64,000 nucleotides of DNA from Selaginella moellendorffii (lineage: Eukaryota > Plantae > Lycopodiophyta). Shown piece after piece: positions 1-11,578 of this stretch. The notes beneath the pieces are model-generated. The model was not told the origin of the DNA and did not search any database. It saw only the letters and a program-made list of their open reading frames with translations. Position numbers and translations under genes: made by a program. Positions within the stretch are counted from its first letter, which is position 1. The number at the start of each line of letters is the position of its first letter. Location: contig NW_003314359.1 of assembly GCF_000143415.4 (NCBI RefSeq), positions 467,477 through 531,476 on the forward strand, written 5' to 3'.

Positions 1-1406
1 ATCTTCCTCCCAAAGGTACGCGAAGACTGTCCCGGGGATTTGGACTATTTCCATCGACATATATCAAATGGAGCATGGCCATTGTCTAACAGAGATCACG
101 GATGGCCTATATCTGATTGTACTTCTGAAGGCTTGAAGGTATTATTGACCATGAGCTATCTATCTTGTGATGGAACATTTTGTTACAGAGTGTGTTGCTT
201 CTATCCCGCATTTCATCGGACGTTGTTGGGAAGCCCTTATCTCCAGAACGACTCTATGATTGCGTCAATATGATCATTTCATATCAGGTACAATACTCCT
301 CGGATAAGTTGGCCGCTAACTCGTGAAATCAGAACGCTAATGGAGGAGTCGCATCATACGAGTTGACACGGTCATATGCTTGGATCGAGGTGAGATGAAA
401 GGATGGGTTTTAAGTGATAACATGTCGAAACTGCAGCTGTTCAACCCTTCAGAAACATTTGGGGACATCACAATCGATTACTCGTAAGAACTACAGCTAT
501 CTAAGTATGCCCTCTAACTGTGCGTTTGGTCTTTTTCTAGCTATGTGGAATGTACATCAGCTTGCGTTCAGGCGCTCTGTGCTTTCAGCAGGCTCTACCC
601 TGACCATCGGTCCAAGGAAATCGAACTATTTGTGGCCAAAGGATGCAAATATATTGAAAGCATTCAAAGACCTGATGGCTCTTGGTAAGCTTGCATTCTT
701 TTTTCTATTCTCATACGTTTTTAAGGTACGGGTCATGGGGTGTTTGTTTCACGTACGGCATCTGGTTTGGAGTCCTAGGCTTGGTTGCCGCTGGCAAAAG
801 CTATAAGCACTCCGCAGCGATCCGCAAGGCCTGCGATTTCCTTCTTTCTAAGCAGCTCCCATCAGGTGGCTGGGGTGAGAGCTACCTCTCCTCTCAAAAC
901 AAGGTGTGGCTAATTTTCTCTTTCTCGTGATACATGTAAGCTTCTCTTCTTTGCAGGTTTATACGAACCTGGAAGGTGGTAAGCACCACCTCGTTAACAC
1001 GGCCTGGGCGATGCTAGCGCTTATTGCAGGTGGACAGGCAAGTCTAGACAATTTAGTTTCAGAAATGTTTTGGTTTCAAAATGTTTCTCTCTTTATCTTG
1101 TTTAGGCTGAAAGAGATTCCACGCCTCTGCATAAAGCCGCTGCTCTTTTGGTAAACGGACAGCTTGAAGATGGCGATTTTCCACAGGAGGTACGTAATGC
1201 TTACATATGGTTTTTCCGTCACCTTGTTTGCTTCTTTCTTGCAGGAAATAATTGGAGTGTTTAACGGCAACTGCACGATCAGCTACTCCGCCTACAGGTG
1301 TATCTTCCCAATCTGGGCACTCGGACAATACCGCAGCCGCGTGCTCAAGCATCCAGCAATTGAGTCTTTTATTAGTTTTCAGCAACACATAAACCATGAC
1401 ACATAA
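1..1406 (+). CDS. Oxidosqualene cyclase (cycloartenol synthase-like), copy A; 3' part only, 5' end lies before the window
   Basis: Spliced exons encode [50 protein letters not shown] and [27 protein letters not shown]; stop at 1406. Confidence 0.93.
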
Positions 1407-1439
1407 AGCATCGCTTTGCTAAAATTTTACCCATGGAAT

Positions 1440-1725
1440 CCCAGCTCGTTTTTAGCTGGCTCGCTGCCGTCCAGTGTTGTTGTGGAAGCCCTGGAAGTCA
1501 AACATGTCTTCTTCAATATGGCAGTGGCATCCTGAAACAAAACGTGTGCTTATCAAAAACAGATGTACCGTCTTCCCCAGGCTCGATCACCACTCTCACT
1601 GATTCATCGTTCTTCTGGGGAATGGACTCCCACCCTTGACGTGTCCATCATGTATAAGAAGCTACCAATAGTGAATATCTTCGTTGATAGTATCATCTCT
1701 ACTGCACATTTGTTTGCTTGGGCAC
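1440..1725 (-). pseudogene. Degenerate copy of the 3' half of the neighbouring PDI gene
   Basis: Minus strand gives ESIPQKNDESVRVV (PDI: [14 protein letters not shown]), DATA..EEDMFDFQGF (PDI: [17 protein letters not shown]) and EPAKNEL (PDI: EPSKDEL), with deletions and frameshifts. Confidence 0.8.
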
Positions 1726-2468
1726 GTATATTATACAATAACTTTGAATTCAAATTAAAGTTCTTCATTTATATATCGACGACTCAAAGCCCCAGATTGG
1801 CACTAGTGGAAGTGGACTGTAAAAGTTATATATATATATAGAGAGAGAGAGAAGGTTCTTTTCTTCCAAAACTCAGCAATCTCAGCTGACAACGTCTAAA
1901 TTATCAAGATACTACTGCTGAACTGTCAAGATATTGCTGCTGAACTATCATTATCTTGACTAAAGTTTTCATATCTATTAGAACTGCATAATGATCCAAA
2001 GCTTAACACAGTCTGTCATAAACTCAAACCATTGTTGGCATACCAATCTTTGCAGCTTTTCGGTAATTGGGGGTAGAATAGAGTTTCTTCATTAAATGTG
2101 CCATCAATCAATTCTACAACAGGATGAGAAAATAAATTACTTATTTCACAAGGGATAGACAAACTTGAAGCCAATGGAATAAAACACTTCATGGACAGTG
2201 TTTCATAAGTCGAACTTGAAGCCAATGGCATAAAACAGTTTATGCATTTTTGGTGCTATAAACCCTCTAAAACCCTAGTATTGACTTTTTAATTTAAAAA
2301 AAGGGTGTGAAGAATAAACCTAAAATATCTAAATATTTCTCAATCCAACGGTTGAGATTTTCAGCTGTTAAACTTCTCTAATCAAGGTTTAATGTTAAAA
2401 TTCTTACCTATTAAAATTAAATTGGTGCATGTGACAGTTAAAAAGCCAAGAGCCACCACCAAGAGAGA

Positions 2469-3458
2469 ATGTGGCCAGCATTCCATCTCCCGGCCTTCAA
2501 TGGCGAGGGGGACGTAGACGAATGGATCTCCAAGCTCGAGTGCTTCTTTAACACAGTCGCCATCCACGAGGACAGCCACAAGATTCTCTATGCCGCAAAC
2601 TATCTCACAGGCCCCGCCCACGCCAAGTGGAGAGCTCTTCACCACCAGGACGGCGCCGCCACCACCACCTGGGAGGATTTCAAGAATCTCATACTTCGCT
2701 GCTTCAAGCCGTGCGCCGCTGGCGATGACGCTGCCACTGCGATCAAACAGAAAGAGCTCTCAGTCGGAGAATACGCCGATAACTTTCTCGACTCGCGCAA
2801 GCTCAACCGGTACATCTCGGGTCTCAACCCGCCGCTGGCAAACTTCGTCAACGTGAGGAAGCCCAGGAACTTGCAGGAGGCCATAACTCTGGCGCTCCAG
2901 GCGGAGAGGGCCGCAAAGGCCGCTGCCGAGGCAAAGCCGAAAGAATCACCACCCCTGACAGCTCGCTACTACCAGAGTTTCGTGGCCTTACCTCCAAAGG
3001 AGGAGCAGCCGCCGAGCGCTCCAAAGAAGGACGTGAAGCTCCACTTTGTGGTGTACTACGGCGACGACGACTTCGGGAAATGGCTGCGCGGGAGAGTGAA
3101 CGGGCACACAGTCAGCTTCGTGGCCAGCAACAGCTCCGACAACTTCGTGTCCGAGAGCACCGTGTCCCGCCTCGGCCTGCGAACGGAGGAGTGCACGGAG
3201 TTTAGCGTCGAGACACCGCTGGGAACCAGTACTTACACCGGCAACTTGGTGGCCCCGAAGCTCGAGTTCGAGATCGATGGCGGGTACATGGGCCGGATGG
3301 ACTTTGCCGTGATGAAGTTCTCCCGCCACGACTTTGTCCTCGGCCACTCTTTCTTCGGGAACAACTTCCAGATGTTCGCCACCGAGCTGAGGGTCGAGTC
3401 GGATGGCTATGTGTACAGCTTCACGCTCCACTCGGATCCTCCCTGCTCGGTCATATGA
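2469..3458 (+). CDS. Intronless Ty3/Gypsy-derived Gag capsid plus retropepsin-like protein (catalytic DSG absent); possibly domesticated
   Basis: Capsid motifs LPAFNG..DVDEWISKLECFF, YLTGPAHAKW, TWEDFK, SVGEY, YISGL, PRNLQEAI; retropepsin-like GRVNGHTVSFVASNSSDNFVS and HDFVLGHSFF; no RT or integrase follows. Confidence 0.8.
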   Translation: MWPAFHLPAFNGEGDVDEWISKLECFFNTVAIHEDSHKILYAANYLTGPAHAKWRALHHQDGAATTTWEDFKNLILRCFKPCAAGDDAATAIKQKELSVGEYADNFLDSRKLNRYISGLNPPLANFVNVRKPRNLQEAITLALQAERAAKAAAEAKPKESPPLTARYYQSFVALPPKEEQPPSAPKKDVKLHFVVYYGDDDFGKWLRGRVNGHTVSFVASNSSDNFVSESTVSRLGLRTEECTEFSVETPLGTSTYTGNLVAPKLEFEIDGGYMGRMDFAVMKFSRHDFVLGHSFFGNNFQMFATELRVESDGYVYSFTLHSDPPCSVI

Positions 3459-3703
3459 TTGGAAAGCTCTTCCTCTCGAGGACAAATTAGCGTGATCACA
3501 ATTAAACATCTTTCCTAAGTACAAGGAAAGAGACACTAACTTTCCTTTTTCTCTTTGGAGTTCCCGAGATAAAAGAAAAGCAAACCAAGACAAACCAAAG
3601 ACTATAGAATGAAAATTCACAAGAAAAGCTTGCTTGTGTGATTCTATGCAGCGAACGTGGAATTATATACACAAATGGCTGTCGAGTAGCCTTGCAGGAG
3701 GAA

Positions 3704-4198
3704 TCAATGCGAGAGCACCGAGGTGGTCTCTCCAGAGCCATACGGGTCACCCCCCTGGCTAAGCCTGATGACGTTCTTAACTAGAAAATGGAGGGATTGG
3801 AGCAAACATACCCAGCACGCGACCTGGTGGAAAAAGCTGAGAAGCGCCCTCCTCGATCCCTCGTCCCTCCACCACCACCACGATCCATCGTCGCTCCAGC
3901 TCTCACCCCACCAATCGGACGATCCGCCACCGCCGCTGCCGTTGTCGCCGGCCCCATTTCCATTTCCCCCGTTGCCATCGGAGAAATCCTCCTCGGAGCC
4001 CGAAGAATACGATCTGCGCCTGCCGCGGCCGCGAATCGTCCTGGCACGCTTCCTCACCCGCGAGCACAGCCTCCTCGGCGGCGACGCCACGGCGTCCTGG
4101 ACGAGCGATTGAGCGCCGTGGCAATCCACCCCCAGGCTGTAGATGAGCGCGGCGGAAGCTTGCGCCTCCACACCCCGGATCAGCGCAGCCCCCGCCAT
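3704..4198 (-). CDS. Small uncharacterised protein with Gly-rich linker, Trp-rich patch and C-terminal hydrophobic helix
   Basis: 164-aa ORF from ATG 4198 (MAGAALIRG); C-terminal FFHQVACWVCLLQSLHFLVKNVIR resembles a conserved plant hypothetical family. Confidence 0.65.
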   Translation of the reverse strand: MAGAALIRGVEAQASAALIYSLGVDCHGAQSLVQDAVASPPRRLCSRVRKRARTIRGRGRRRSYSSGSEEDFSDGNGGNGNGAGDNGSGGGGSSDWWGESWSDDGSWWWWRDEGSRRALLSFFHQVACWVCLLQSLHFLVKNVIRLSQGGDPYGSGETTSVLSH

Positions 4199-4260
4199 AA
4201 AAATGAGAAAATGCTTCTTTGCCCTAATCAGGAGTAAGAACAGGATCTCTTCAGCATATT

Positions 4261-4340
4261 CCAATAAACGTCCACGTCAGCGAAAACGTGAATAATGTGG
4301 CTGCCTTGCACGTCAAGTGCCCAACCGATGAATGCCACGT
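4261..4340 (+). promoter_or_regulatory. ER-stress (UPRE/ERSE-like) elements upstream of PDI
   Basis: CCAAT at 4261, CCACGTCA (UPRE, reverse of TGACGTGG) at 4272-4279, and CCAAC-N9-CCACG at 4321-4339. Confidence 0.6.
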
Positions 4341-4504
4341 GTACGCAAAGGAAGCTCTTTGCCATGTCATGACCAGATGGACGGCTACGATTCCCGCATT
4401 GCATGGCTAAGTGGCAATCTAGCCGTTCGTACACATCGTACACAGTTCCTGTTCTGTGTGGGGTTTTAAGCTCTCGCCTAGGGCTTTGTTACTGGATAAT
4501 TTCC

Positions 4505-6499
4505 ATGGCGCGAGCGGGAGTGATATTCCTGGCGCTAGCGCTGCTGGCGGTCACTGCTGCCAGAGTCATCGATGCATCGAGCGAGAGCAGCGATGTTCTT
4601 GAGCTCGACGACTCCAACTTCGCGGACGAGATCAAGAAGCACGACTTCATCGTCGTCGAGTTCTACGCGCCCTGGTAAGATCGATCGATCGATCGACTGG
4701 CGTCTCGCTGATGATGGCTAATCTGATATTTCGATTGACAGGTGTGGGCACTGTAAGAAGCTAGCTCCCGAGGTGAGATTATTCTCCTCTTCACAGCGAA
4801 GAACTAACTATTGATTTGCTCTTTTGCTCCAGTACGAGAAGGCGGCGACCGCACTGAAAGAACACAACATTGTTTTGGCCAAAGTAGACGCGAACGAGGA
4901 GAAGAACAAGAAGATTGCGTCGGACTATGAGATCCGGGGTTTCCCCACCTTGAAGATCATTCGCAAGGGGACCGTGGAGGAGTACAAGGGGCCGCGCGAC
5001 GCAGATGGCATTGTGAGCTACTTGAAGAAACAAGCCGGGCCAGCCACAGTGGAGCTAACTTCTACTGAAGAGGCTGGTGATTTCGTTGGACAGAACAAGA
5101 TAGCCATTGTAAGTTTTGAAGCTCAAAATTCTTTTTTGCTTGACTCTCTTCCAGATTGGAGTTTTCAAGTCATATGATAGCGAAGAGTTCCAAAACTTCA
5201 CGGCTCTCGCGGAAGCGCTCAGATCTGAGTACGACTTTCGTCACACACTGGACGCTTCCGTGCTGCCTCTGAAGGACGAGCCACTGAAAGCTCCGGCAGT
5301 CAGGCTGTTCAAGGTTTTCGACGAACGTTTTAACGACTTCACGGTAAGCTCTGACTGGTTGCCATCTATCTTGCTTAACGCTACCTTCTTAGAATTTCTA
5401 TGTCGAGGAGCTCAAAAAGTTTGTGGAGGAATCGAGCTTGCCTCTTGTGACCGAGCTGAATCAGGACCCCGAAATGCAGCCGTTTCTAATGAAGTTTTTC
5501 AACAAGGAGGCGCCAAAGGTTTTGTTTTCTCAATGTTTGGATTGATGTTTACCTTTTTTTGGGGAGGATAGGTGTTTCTGTTTGTCGAGTCGAGCCATGA
5601 CGAAGAATATCGACCTGCTTACAAGAAGGTTGCAGAGTCAAACAAACCAAAAGGCCTTCTTTTCCTTGCTGCCAACAGCGCAGGAAACGACCATGCTCTT
5701 CAGGTCTGCTAATTCTAATTTGGTATCCTCACATTCTTAAATCTTTTCTTTTGTGCAGCACTTTGGTCTTGCAGCTGCGAAGCTGCCGTCCATTGTTGTA
5801 CAAGACGCTCAAGGGAAAAAGTTCGCAGTAGAGACGATCGAATCATCAAAGCTATCCAGTTTTGTGGACGACTATTTGGTAAGTTCTCTCACGGAAGCTC
5901 ACATTTTCTCTTACACTTGACATTGGACACAGGCTGGAAAGCTCAAGCCGTGGGTAAAGTCCGAGCCCGTTCCCGAGAAAAACGATGAACCAGTCAAAGT
6001 GGTGGTGAGGAACACTTTGAACGACCTCGTTATCGAGTCTGGGAAAGATGGTAATGCACAAGAACATAACCACGTTATAGTTTACACTCTACTAACATCT
6101 ATTCGTACCTCCAGTTCTTTTGGAATTCTACGCGCCGTGGTGTGGCCACTGTAAGAAACTGGCGCCCACGCTGGACGAAGTCGCGGAACACTTCAAGGAT
6201 GATCCCAAGGTCGTCATCGCGAAACTGGTGAGTTTTCTTGCACAGTTGCGTTGCCTTCCTAAGTAACCAGTCTCTTTCTTTCCTCTACGCAGGATGCCAC
6301 TGCCAACGACGTTGAAGACGACACGTTTGACGTCCAGGGCTTCCCCACGCTCTACCTCTACACGGGCGCCAAGCAAGCCGTCAAGTACGAGGGCGATCGA
6401 AGCAAGGAGGATTTGATCAGCTTCGTTGACAAGCACAGAACCTCGGCTGCTCCTTCGGCGGCACCGGACGCCGGCGAGCCTTCTAAAGACGAGCTGTGA
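4505..6499 (+). CDS. PDI: Protein disulfide isomerase, PDIL1 type (a-b-b'-a'), multi-exon
   Basis: Signal peptide, two [14 protein letters not shown] active sites, GFPTL motifs, C-terminal KDEL followed by TGA. Confidence 0.97.
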
Positions 6500-6584
6500 T
6501 TTCCGTCGGGAGAATTTTTGCGAAGCGATGGAATGGTGCTTTATGTTATGTGTTGCCGGAAACTAATAAGACGAGATCAATCCA

Positions 6585-9500
6585 TCACTTCGCTGGACGC
6601 TTGAGCACGCGGCTGCGGTATTGTCCGAGTGCCCAGATTGGGAAGATACACCTGTAGGCGGAGTAGCTGATCATGCAGTTGCCGTTAAACACTCCACTTA
6701 TTTCCTGCAAGAAATAAGCAAACAAGGTGACGGAAAAACCATATGTAAGCATTACGTACCTCCTGTGGAAAATCGCCATCTTCAAGCTGTCCGTTTACCA
6801 AAAGAGCAGCGGCTTTATGCAGAGGCGTGGAATCTCTTTCGGCCTAAACAAGATAAAGAGAGAAACATTTTGAAACCAAAACATTTCTGAAACTAAATTG
6901 TTTAGACTTGCCTGTCCACCTGCAATAAGCGCTAGCATCGCCCAGGCCGTGTTAACGAGGTGGTGCTTACCACCTTCCAGGTTCGTATAAACCTGCAAAG
7001 AAGAGAAGCTTACATGTATCACGAGAAAGAGAAAATTAGCCACACCTTGTTTTGAGAGGAGAGGTAGCTCTCACCCCAGCCACCCGATGGGAGCTGCTTA
7101 GAAAGAAGGAAATCGCAGGCCTTGCGGATCGCTGCAGAGTGCTTATAGCTTTTGCCAGCGGCAACCAAGCCTAGGACTCCAAACCAGATGCCGTACGTGA
7201 AACAAACACCCCATGACCCGTACCTTAAAAACGTATGAGAATAGAAAAAAGAATGCAAGCTTACCAGGAGCCATCAGGTCTTTGAATGCTTTCAATATAT
7301 TGGCATCCTTTAGCTACAAATAGCTCGATTTCCTTGGACCGATGGTCAGGGTAGAGCCTGCTGAAAGCACAGAGCGCCTGAACGCAAGCTGATGTACATT
7401 CCACATAGCTAGAAAAAGACCACACGCACAGTTAGAGAGCGTACTTAGATAGCTGTAGTTCTTACGAGTAATCGATTGTAATGTCCCCAAATGTTTCTGA
7501 AGGGTTGAACAGCTGCAGTTTCGACATGTTATCACTTAAAACCCATCCTTTCATCTCACCTCGATCCAAGCATATGACCGTGTCAACTCGTATGATGCGA
7601 CTCCTCCATTGGCGTTCTGATTTCACGAGTTAGCGGCCAACTTATCCGAGGAGTATTGTACCTGATATGAAATGATCATATTGACGCAATCATAGAGTCG
7701 TTCTGGAGATAAGGGCTTCCCAACAAGGTCCGATGAAATGCGTGATAGAAGCAACACACTCTGTAACAAAATGTTCCATCACAAAATAGATAGCTCATGG
7801 TCAATAATACCTTTAAGCCTTCAGAAGTACAATCAGATATAGGCCATCCGTGATCTCTGTTAGAAAATGGCCATGCTCCATTTGATATATGTCGATGGAA
7901 ATAGTCCAAATCCCCGGGACAGTCTTCGCGTACCTTTGGGAGGAAGATCGTGATAACCAGCGTATAGTGATTCTTGTTACAAACCTGTGATTTTTCTATG
8001 TAGGAATGAGCTTTCTTCAGCATCTCCCCGGATTCTTCAAGCATGTCCGTTGATATTATCGCTTGTACAGCAAAAGCTGTATCCCAAAGTTGACTGCCAT
8101 TGTATCCCTTATATGTTTCTTGGTTACGTAACAAATAGAAAAAAAAAAATCTAAAAAAATCCTTTTACCTGCATTTTCAGCCCATCTTCCGCAACCCAGA
8201 GATAATCATGAATTCGGGGCAAGTGCTGTTTGAAAGCTTCGGAGTTTGGGTCCTCCGCCCAACAGCAAAGCATGTTGATGACCTGAGTGGAACAATAAAC
8301 TAAATAGATAGAGGAGCAAAACGATTCCCACCTTGTTAACAGGCCCAATGCATGTATATCTCGTATTGACATCCTCGTAGTGGATATGCTCGAGAACGGT
8401 ATCAAGCGCCTTTTTACGCAGCAATGATCCTGGCCAACACATTAAAAGAGGCTCCACACCTTTATGCAAAACTCCCCAAAGAACGTCTTGTATGAGCGGA
8501 TGAGGATAATACAGATCTTCCTGCATACCAGTCATCAAGAAATGCTTTCTGTAAGTTGATAAAAATACATGCACCCTTCTCGGGTGCGCAGAAAATTTTA
8601 CCTTTGCACAAGTATTTCGCGCACGATTCCAATCCACGTCTTCAAAGGGTCCGTTAAAGAGCTCCTTTCTCAGAGCTTCAACCTTGGGTGTGATTTTTCC
8701 AGTGAAACGACGACCATAGATATAGCTCATAGGAAGATAAACCATCCGGCAATGACACCACATACGTCCTAAAGAAAGATTTGAGCATACGTAGAAAACA
8801 AATAATTAAGGAGATACCTGGATGAAGGGGAATCGCATACGGCAGCAAATACATTTCTGGCGGTAGGGGATTGACTCCCGACCAATCGAACACTCCAAGA
8901 ACCTTACAGAAACAGGTTATCGTCAATAACAAAGAAACAACTTGAATTTTCCTTCACGTACCGCGAGCCAAAACTTTCCCCAGGACGGAATGGCGATGGT
9001 CCCTCCATGACCAAAAATCCATGAAAGGGCGCTCTCCATGGCTGGCTTGTCTGGTTCTTGGCCAAGTAGCCGTAGAGAAACATAAACAAGTACAGTGCCA
9101 AACATCGTGCTGTGCCCTTCAATGTGCAATCCCCAGCCGCCATCTTCGTTCTTCCAGAAAGACGAAAATTCACGAACATCGCTAGAAAGAAAGATTACAC
9201 ACCTGGTGGTTGAAAAAGTATCTACACATTTCTCGGTGGTGCTCCGGTGACAAAACCACGTTGATCGCTCCAGTGACGTACAAAGCAATGATCTGATAAT
9301 ACACCATCGTTTGGCATGTAAGAAATCCCAAAGATAAGCTCATACCAATCCCGGCATGAGAAACATGGGACCTCCGTAATCGCCAGGCCAGTGGCCGTCC
9401 TCGGCTTGAATGGTGGAGTAAAATCGCAAGGCACGACGAATCGTGGTCTCGACATCGCTCTGCTTGATCTCCGCATCGCCTTGGACCTTCACTGGAGGAG

Positions 9501-9802
9501 GGATTTGGGGCAGCGGCTGTGCAGCCTTGGAGAGCTATGCGAGAAGAGAAGAAAGATTGGAGATTCGAAAATCAGGAATTCCACCAGCATACCTGCATTC
9601 GCATGAGGAGATCGGAGCTGTGCTTCTGGACATGGCGATTCTTGGCGAAGTGATCCCGAGCCTCTTGGACGCGCGCGCGATCATCGTCGCTGCCGAGGGC
9701 CTCGTCGTAGCACCAGATCTGGCGGCCGACGAGATCGTTGAGAGTGCTGAGGGGCGCGGCGGAAGAAGAATCGCCACCGCTGGCGACATGGAGCTTCCAC
9801 AT
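6585..9802 (-). CDS. Oxidosqualene cyclase (cycloartenol synthase-like), copy B; complete, multi-exon
   Basis: MWKLHVA start, [68 protein letters not shown] repeats; carries CAS-type Y410/H477/I481 equivalents. Confidence 0.95.
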
Positions 9803-9894
9803 TGCTAGCAAGAACCCTAAATATTCTAATGCGTTAACGAATACATATAATGAATATAGACCGATGGATGCATGAGATCCAACGGCCAATAATA

Positions 9895-9981
9895 GATCAA
9901 TGTTTACAAAATAGATATTTCATGGATCAATGTTTACAGAATAGACATTTCATGGATCAATGTTTACAGAATAGACATTTC
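9895..9981. repeat. 30-bp tandem repeat (about 3 copies) in the OSC copy B promoter
   Basis: Unit gatcaatgtttacagaatagacatttcatg. Confidence 0.9.
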
Positions 9982-9989
9982 GTTGCTAT

Positions 9990-11360
9990 CGAAAGGCATT
10001 GCCAAGGCCACTCGTCTCGACCATAGAGATCGAGTAGTGGTCGATGCTTGGATCAACACCACACCTCATCGTCCACAAAACTTCTCTCGCCTTGTGAGCC
10101 ACCCCAGTGTGGCTGCAAAGTCACTCCACCAGGCCTCAAAATCCCTCTCCATCATCCGGTCGAAGAGATCAAACATCTCCTGCGTGTTGCCTTGGCGAAT
10201 ATAGCCTTCGATCAAGCCACTCCATGCCACTACGGCCCCCTTTGTCAGCAATCGCGCCGAAAGCTTCCCTGGCCTCGCTTCCACACTTTCCGTAGAAATT
10301 CACCAGAGAGCTCGCTACTGCGAGCTTTTCATCGAGTCCACGCGATGAGAGCTGCGAGTGGATCCTTCTTCCGGCCTCCAAGTAAATCCTACAGAGGCCT
10401 TGAGAGCAGTCACGAAGTTTGAGCGTTGGGTTCACAGCCTTCCAGTTGCATCAAGGCGAAGAGCTGCAAGGTTGGCTTCTCCATTTCGAGCGTAGGCCGA
10501 GAGCAAAGCCGCCCACGAAACCACACTTTGAGAGTGTCAAAGACCCTGCTAGTGTTGCTCAAGCTTCCACACTTCCCGTAAACTTCGATAAAGGTGCTGG
10601 CCACGAAAGCGTCTAGACCATGTCCACTTCGAACAGCCAGACACTCTACTTCGATGATCTTGTCCAAAATTTTTGGCGATGGCTGGTTCTTTTCTTTAGC
10701 TGCGAGTGCGACCTGTAAAGCAGCGACAATCGTTAGAGCATTCGGCTGGCAGCCTTCCGTTTGCACTGGTGCAAACAAGCAAAGCTTCCTCACCTTGCCC
10801 GAGTTGAGCATGTCCCACAGTGAGAACAGTCCACGAGACCACGCTGTGGCGTTTCATCGTGTTGAAAACCCGACGCGAGCTCAGCTTAAGCTCCCACACT
10901 TCGCGTACATATCCACCAGGCTATTTGCCACGAAATCAGCCACTGGAGAAAGCTTAAGAATGAACATACATACCTCTCTCCAAAGCCTTCATCTTCATCC
11001 ATCGACACTTCGCTCTCCGCGAGGCAGCCAAGCCTAGCCACGAAAGCTGAGAACCCGGAAGACATCCCTCGTACTGCATGACCGCAAACAGCAGTAGAGC
11101 TTCTTCGCCATCGCCATCCCACTCCCAGGCATCCTGTCGGCCAGCGTCCACCCATTCAAGATGAAAACGTCCCGGAGTGGATTCTCGCGCCTTGGGCCAG
11201 AGCCTTGATCTTCATACTTTCGTCTTTCGCAGCTAGAGCAAGCCTTGAGAGCGACGAGAAAAGTAACACGGTCTGGTGAGAGAACAGAAGTAAAGTAGCC
11301 AATCCCCGCACGGTTTGACCTCCGATCGAAAATCTCTCAAGGGTCCGGTGCTTCCACACC
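9990..11360 (-). pseudogene. PLS-type PPR pseudogene
   Basis: Fragments VASSLVNFYGKCGS, VASTFIEVYGKCGSL, VVAWSGLIEGY and EGCQPNALT are spread over several frames. Confidence 0.85.
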
Positions 11361-11578
11361 TGGAATCTGTTCTCCGGAGACTCCTCTTTGAACGCCAGCT
11401 CCGCGCACGCCTTGAGAGGAGCGCGGTGCCTCTCGCATCACTCGAACGCTCTCTTCCTAGCCGTGCCCCCCCTGCGCATCGCTCAATCTTCCCGAAAACT
11501 TTCTCTGACCTAATTGAAACCTAACAAAGGATCATACTGATCTCAAGTCATAGATTTACTACTTTGGAATTTTGATTT

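Larger units (their letters stand above)
1..7948. repeat. Large inverted repeat: arm 1 (1..~1350, extending as diverged homology to ~1725) versus arm 2 (~6599..7948, diverged homology into ~5800-6600)
   Basis: Position 1 pairs with 7948 and 1350 with 6599 (same sum, 7949, so no net indel); exons and introns are near-identical in reverse complement. Confidence 0.95.

Noticed and set aside
2016-2240. Short ORF with a duplicated acttgaagccaatgg(a/c)ataaaaca motif
   Set aside because: Only two copies and no recognisable product; not an array
9895-9981. CRISPR-like array
   Set aside because: Head-to-tail repeats with no spacers in a eukaryotic context
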